NCBI RefSeq assembly: GCF_006345805.1 | Contig: NW_021826580.1 | Coordinates: forward strand, 1 to 12,462 | DNA: 12,462 nucleotides | DNA from: Octopus sinensis | Lineage: Eukaryota | Direction: 5' to 3' | In this document: one piece after another, positions 8,611 through 12,462 of the stretch | How the letters are laid out: each line of letters opens with the position of its first letter | Position numbering within the stretch: position 1 is the stretch's first letter | Program-made: the position numbers and the translations under genes | The notes under the pieces: model-generated | Told to the model about the DNA's origin: nothing | The model's database searches: none | Seen by the model: only the letters and a program-made list of their open reading frames with translations

Positions 8611-8661
<51 letters not shown>

Positions 8662-8919
8662 CAGAATAAGATGTAAACAGTTTTACAACAAAACCTTTAG
8701 ATCATTCTCCCGGTAATGAATGATGTGAACAAATGGATAAGATAATACCTGCTCGCCTTTCTAGTTAAATAGCTAAAGGTATTGCATAATTTAATTAAAT
8801 GGTAATTGTCTGTTTTCTTAATTGCTTGAATTATAGATCTCCATTCCTTGTCCCTTCTCTCTACTTATTTGATGATAAGAGGATATCGTTTTGATTTTGA
8901 ATTTTTACTTCCATATATA

Positions 8920-9326
8920 GGCGCAGGAGTGGCTGTGTGGTAAGTAGCTTGCCTACCAACCACATGGTTCCGGGTTCAGTCCAACTGCGTGGCATCTTGG
9001 GCAAGTGTCTTCTGCTATAGCCCCGGGCCGACCAATGCCTTGTGAGTGGATTTGGTAGACGGAAACTGAAAGAAGCCCGTCGTATATATGTATATATATA
9101 TATGCGTGTGTGTGTTTGTGTGTCTGTGTTTGTTCCCCTAGCATTGCTTGACAACCGATGCTGGTGTGTTTACGTCCCCGTCACTTAGCGGTTCGGCGAA
9201 AGAGACCGATAGAATAAGTACTGGGCTTACAAAGAATAAGTCCCGGGGTCGATTTGCTCGACTAAAGGCGGTGCTCCAGCATGGCCGCAGTCAAATGACT
9301 GAAACAAGTAAAAGAGTAAAAGAGTA
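8920..9326 (+). mobile_element. tRNA-derived SINE family A, full length (duplicate of 7281-7684)
   Basis: Same flanks and sequence as 7281-7684 apart from small indels. Confidence 0.93.
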
Positions 9327-9387
9327 TATCCATTCCCTATTTTCTTTTTATTCTTATTTTTGATTTCTTCCTATTGTTTTGCTTTGG

Positions 9388-10460
9388 TTATCACCTCCGC
9401 CTTAGCGAGTAAATTACACAAGTGCTAAATGACGAAGATAAAATCAAATACAAATAAAACAGAAGCACTCAGAGAGCACCTTCGCTAAGGCGGAGCTATT
9501 GTTCTTTAGTCGTGTTTGTTTGCTTGTTTGTTCGTGGACAAGATATCTCCAGAACCGCTGGATGGATTCGGATGAAACTTTCCGGAATGTTTGGCGTCGT
9601 GACTGGCACGAACTGGTTAGATTTTGGCATCGACCCGGTACCGGACAAGGATTCTGAATTATTTGTTATATTTACTTTACTTTACATGATTACGATCTTA
9701 CGTTAACTTTCAAGTCTTTCTCGATTATCTTCCTTGAGAGTGTGAGGCGCAATGGCCCAGTGGTTAGGGCAGTGGAATCGCGGTCATAGGATCGCGGTTT
9801 CGATTCCCAGACCGGGCGTTGTGAGTGTTTATTGAGCGAAAACACCTAAAGCTCCACGAGGCTCCGGCAGGGGATGGTGGTGATCCCTGCTGTACTCTTT
9901 CACCACAGCTTTCTCTCACTCTTACTTCCTGTTTCTGTTGTACCTGTATTTCAAAGGGCCGGCCTTGTCACTCTCTGTGTCACGCTGAATATCCCCGAGA
10001 ACTATGTTAAGGGTACACGTGTCTGTGGAGTGCTCAGCCACTTACACGTTAATTTCACGAGCAGGCTGTTCCGTTGATTCAGATCAACCGGAACCCTCGT
10101 CGTCGTAACCGACGGAGTGCTTCCATTCCTTGAGACTGTAACTATTTTGAATGGTGAATCTGTTAACTTTAGCTTCTATTAGATAAGGATAAACTATTTA
10201 TTACTGTTACTAAATTCTCTACAACCACCTTCACATTCCATAACTACCATTGGGGTCGATCAGGTACCAGACAAGGATTCTGGATTATTTTTCCAGCTTC
10301 TTTACTTAATTTTTAGGAGCGATCGGGTTCATTTTTAGTATTCCCGTTTGTGAGAGCAGTCAAGTTTATTTCAAATATTCTCATTTTAAAAATCATCTCC
10401 GGCTAAACGCTGAGAGGATGCTGGTGTTGCCTTGGCGGAGGTTTGCGCTCTCTGAGCGCT
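9388..10460 (+). mobile_element. Non-autonomous Helentron/DINE-1-like (HINE) element, interrupted by SINE B copy 3
   Basis: 5' TTATCACCTCCGCC with hairpin arm AAGGCGGAG and a (GTTT)n tract. Internal repeat GGTACC.GACAAGGATTCTG.ATTATTT at ~9637 and ~10263. 3' sub-terminal inverted repeat GGCGGAGG (10434-10441), complementary to CCTCCGCC. 3' hairpin GCGCTC-TCT-GAGCGC (10445-10459). This architecture is established for Helentron-associated elements. Confidence 0.72.
9740..10125 (+). mobile_element. tRNA-derived SINE family B, copy 3, with 10-bp target-site duplication
   Basis: TTCCTTGAGA at 9730-9739 and 10126-10135 flanks the SINE. Confidence 0.93.
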
Positions 10461-10604
10461 CCTGTTTTATTTGCATTTGTTATTATCTTCTTCACTTAGC
10501 ACTTGTGTAATTTACTCTACCACCATATTTAAGAATCATATCTTAGCCTTCCTATTGCAGCTGTCCCAATGATACCGAGTCCTATAATTTAAGGTTACAT
10601 TTAA

Positions 10605-11007
10605 GGCGCAGGAGTGGCTGTGTGGTAAGTAGCTTGCTTACCAACCACATGGTTCCGGGTTCAGTCCCATTGCGTGGAATGTTGGGCAAGTGTCTTCTGC
10701 TATAGCCTCGGGCCGACCAATGCCTTGTGAGTGGATTTGGTAGACGGAAACTGAAAGAAGCCTGTCGTATATATGTATATATGTATGTGTGTATATATTT
10801 GTGTGTCTGTGTTTGTCCCCCTAGCATTGCTTGACAACCAATGCTGGTGTGTTTACGTCCCCGTCACTTAGCGGTTCGGCAACAGAGACCGATAGAATAA
10901 GTGCTGAGCTTACAAAGAATAAGTCCCGGGGTCGATTTGCTCGACTAAAGGCGGTGCTCCAGCATGGCCGCAGTCAAATGACTGAAACAAGTAAAAGAGT
11001 AAAGAGT
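10605..11007 (+). mobile_element. tRNA-derived SINE family A, independent full-length copy
   Basis: Aligns end-to-end with 8920-9326 but has several substitutions and different flanks. Confidence 0.92.
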
Positions 11008-11609
11008 GTATAGTGTTAGTCTTACAGTTACTTTACTTATTATAGTTTATACATTCATAATCCCCGATAACTAGTTCTAACTATTTTTGTTAATTGTTTT
11101 GTACTTATATGAATTCCTAGTAATTAATTAGATAGATGGTGATACTTGAGGTTTAAAATAATTAGCAATACCATGGTTGGTTTTTGGTTTGCACATTTGC
11201 AAATACTGCCCCCCTCCCCACATAGTTTCCAAAAATATAGTAGTAAGCGCCAAAAGCCTTCTACTGACAATGAAGAAATTAGGACGTCAATTTTCTATAC
11301 TGGGTGTCAATACTATTCACCCGAGGTAAGAGAGAACAATAGCTTAAAGTTGACGGTTAGAAAGAGGTGATCTAGTTCGGTACAAATGCCACCCTGACTC
11401 AATTGCCTCCCTTTTTTTTTTTTTTTGCTTTTTTGGCAGTTGATTAGTTTTGTCTCTGATAAAGATATCGCTGTGAGGGTTGTTCCCTATATTTTCTATC
11501 GCTCAATCGATCGATTGATAAAACTGAACCATGAACCCACCCAAATGTATATCTGAAAAAGTTGTAAGCCTATTATAAATAAATAAATAAATATAACCCA
11601 TTATTCCTG

Positions 11610-11708
11610 TTTATATATTATATAGATATATATATATATATATATATATATACATGCACACACACACACGCACACACACACACAACACACACACACACAC
11701 ACACACAC

Positions 11709-11779
<71 letters not shown>

Positions 11780-11800
11780 ATATATATATATATATATATA
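11610..11800. repeat. Compound (TA)n-(CA)n-(TA)n microsatellite
   Basis: Read directly from the sequence. Confidence 0.96.
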
Positions 11801-11969
11801 AAGTTAATCCAAACAAGAAAACAAAAACACAACAACGGAAGGACGTGGAACAAATAAAGTATTATTGGACGCTCAGGAAAGAAGGGAAGAAGGGGTTTAA
11901 ACGTTTCGAGCGGGCTCTTCGTCGGGAACATAGGAGAAGGAAAGATCCCGAGAAGGGAAGACAGAGGTC

Positions 11970-11970
<1 letters not shown>
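11801..11970 (-). mobile_element. Probable Penelope-like terminal-repeat fragment with hammerhead-like core
   Basis: Minus strand CCGACGA-A-GAGCCCGCTC-GAAACGTTT, then AATAATAC and a T-rich tail. Embedded between TA microsatellites. No RT or GIY-YIG sequence is present. Confidence 0.5.
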
Positions 11971-12002
<32 letters not shown>

Positions 12003-12017
12003 TATATATATATATAT
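11971..12017. repeat. (TA)n microsatellite, imperfect
   Basis: Read directly from the sequence. Confidence 0.9.
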
Positions 12018-12414
12018 TACGTGGCGTGTTCTTCACTTGACACTGGATCCTACGAAGAGTACCAGATTGCCCTTATATATATATATAAATCGATATATAT
12101 ATAAATCGATGGTTTTATTTAAAATACGGTGTAATTTTAAATACAATTGGAACTTACTCACAAGATACTGGAATCTTATGTGTATACCATTCTGCCTAAA
12201 TAATGGATCTACAGATGCAATATCCACGTCTATTTTCATTCCCCCACTTCACTCTCTATTTCATATCTTATCTAAAATAACTGTACTTAACCATACTCTC
12301 ACACTGTCTCCGATGAAGGGATATATAAAATATCCCGGAAACAGCCGTAAGACCATCTATTTATAAATGTTCTAAAATCTTTCACAGCATTGGATTTTTA
12401 TCTCATTCAAAATT

Positions 12415-12462
12415 TATATATGTGTGTGTGTGTATGTATATATATATATATATGTGTGTGTG
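12415..12462. repeat. (TA)n/(TG)n microsatellite running off the window end
   Basis: Read directly from the sequence. Confidence 0.9.

Larger units (their letters stand above)
6637..9910 (+). repeat. Tandem duplication, two ~1.64-kb units (6637-8270 and 8271-9910), bounded by family B SINEs
   Basis: Unique spacer, SINE A and the Helentron-like 5' half all recur at a constant offset of 1637-1640 (7281/8920, 7769/9407, 8104/9744). Differences are almost all small indels. Confidence 0.95.

Noticed and set aside
6637-9910. Repeat-spacer-repeat organisation suggestive of a CRISPR array or LTR element
   Set aside because: The repeats are ~390-bp Pol III SINEs and the 'spacers' are identical duplicates. 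There are no TG...CA LTR ends, PBS or gag/pol.
6529-10820. tRNA-like sequences at the SINE heads
   Set aside because: They have A/B boxes but no complete cloverleaf or acceptor stem, and each continues into a SINE body, so they are not tRNA genes.
7506-11013. Recurrent ORFs (MTTDAGVFTSPS..., MFVCLFVRGQD..., MFIERKHLKL..., MLGEQTQTH...) that look like a small paralogous gene cluster
   Set aside because: All lie inside SINE or Helentron-like copies. Lengths and frames differ between copies through indels, starts are mostly non-ATG, and there are no recognisable domains.
11146-11370. 74-aa ORF in unique-looking DNA as a possible exon
   Set aside because: Non-ATG start, no recognisable motif and no convincing splice context.
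11503-11518. Perfect 16-bp palindrome TCAATCGATCGATTGA
   Set aside because: Isolated, built on an ATCG tandem, with no associated element or partner; chance or slippage is sufficient.
11770-12366. 198-aa ORF, the longest in the window
   Set aside because: It runs through TA microsatellites and the antisense of a Penelope-like repeat, with low complexity and no domain motifs.

Overview
Repeat-dominated, AT-rich eukaryotic non-coding DNA. The SINE families resemble those I recall from octopus/cephalopod genomes; this is inference, not a database hit. No host protein-coding exon, rRNA, true tRNA or CRISPR array is supportable. Most ORFs in the track are microsatellite or SINE artefacts. Contents: (i) many microsatellites; (ii) two decayed non-LTR retrotransposon ORF fragments joined tail-to-tail, an R4/Dong-type RLE element beside a (TAA)n array and an L1/Tx1-type RT fragment; (iii) three tRNA-derived SINE families (9 copies or fragments); (iv) two non-autonomous rolling-circle-type elements, a Helitron-like one at 5168-5628 and a Helentron/DINE-1-like one at 9388-10460; (v) Penelope-like fragments with hammerhead-like cores. 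Two structures stand out. One is a ~1.64-kb tandem duplication (6637-9910) whose breakpoint lies inside a chimeric SINE, which is either SINE-SINE unequal crossover or an assembly misjoin. The other is a 73-bp inverted copy of the Helentron-like element's own 3' end plus flank, sitting inside its 5' terminal hairpin. I found no evidence for a new gene system; the interest is in transposon mechanics.
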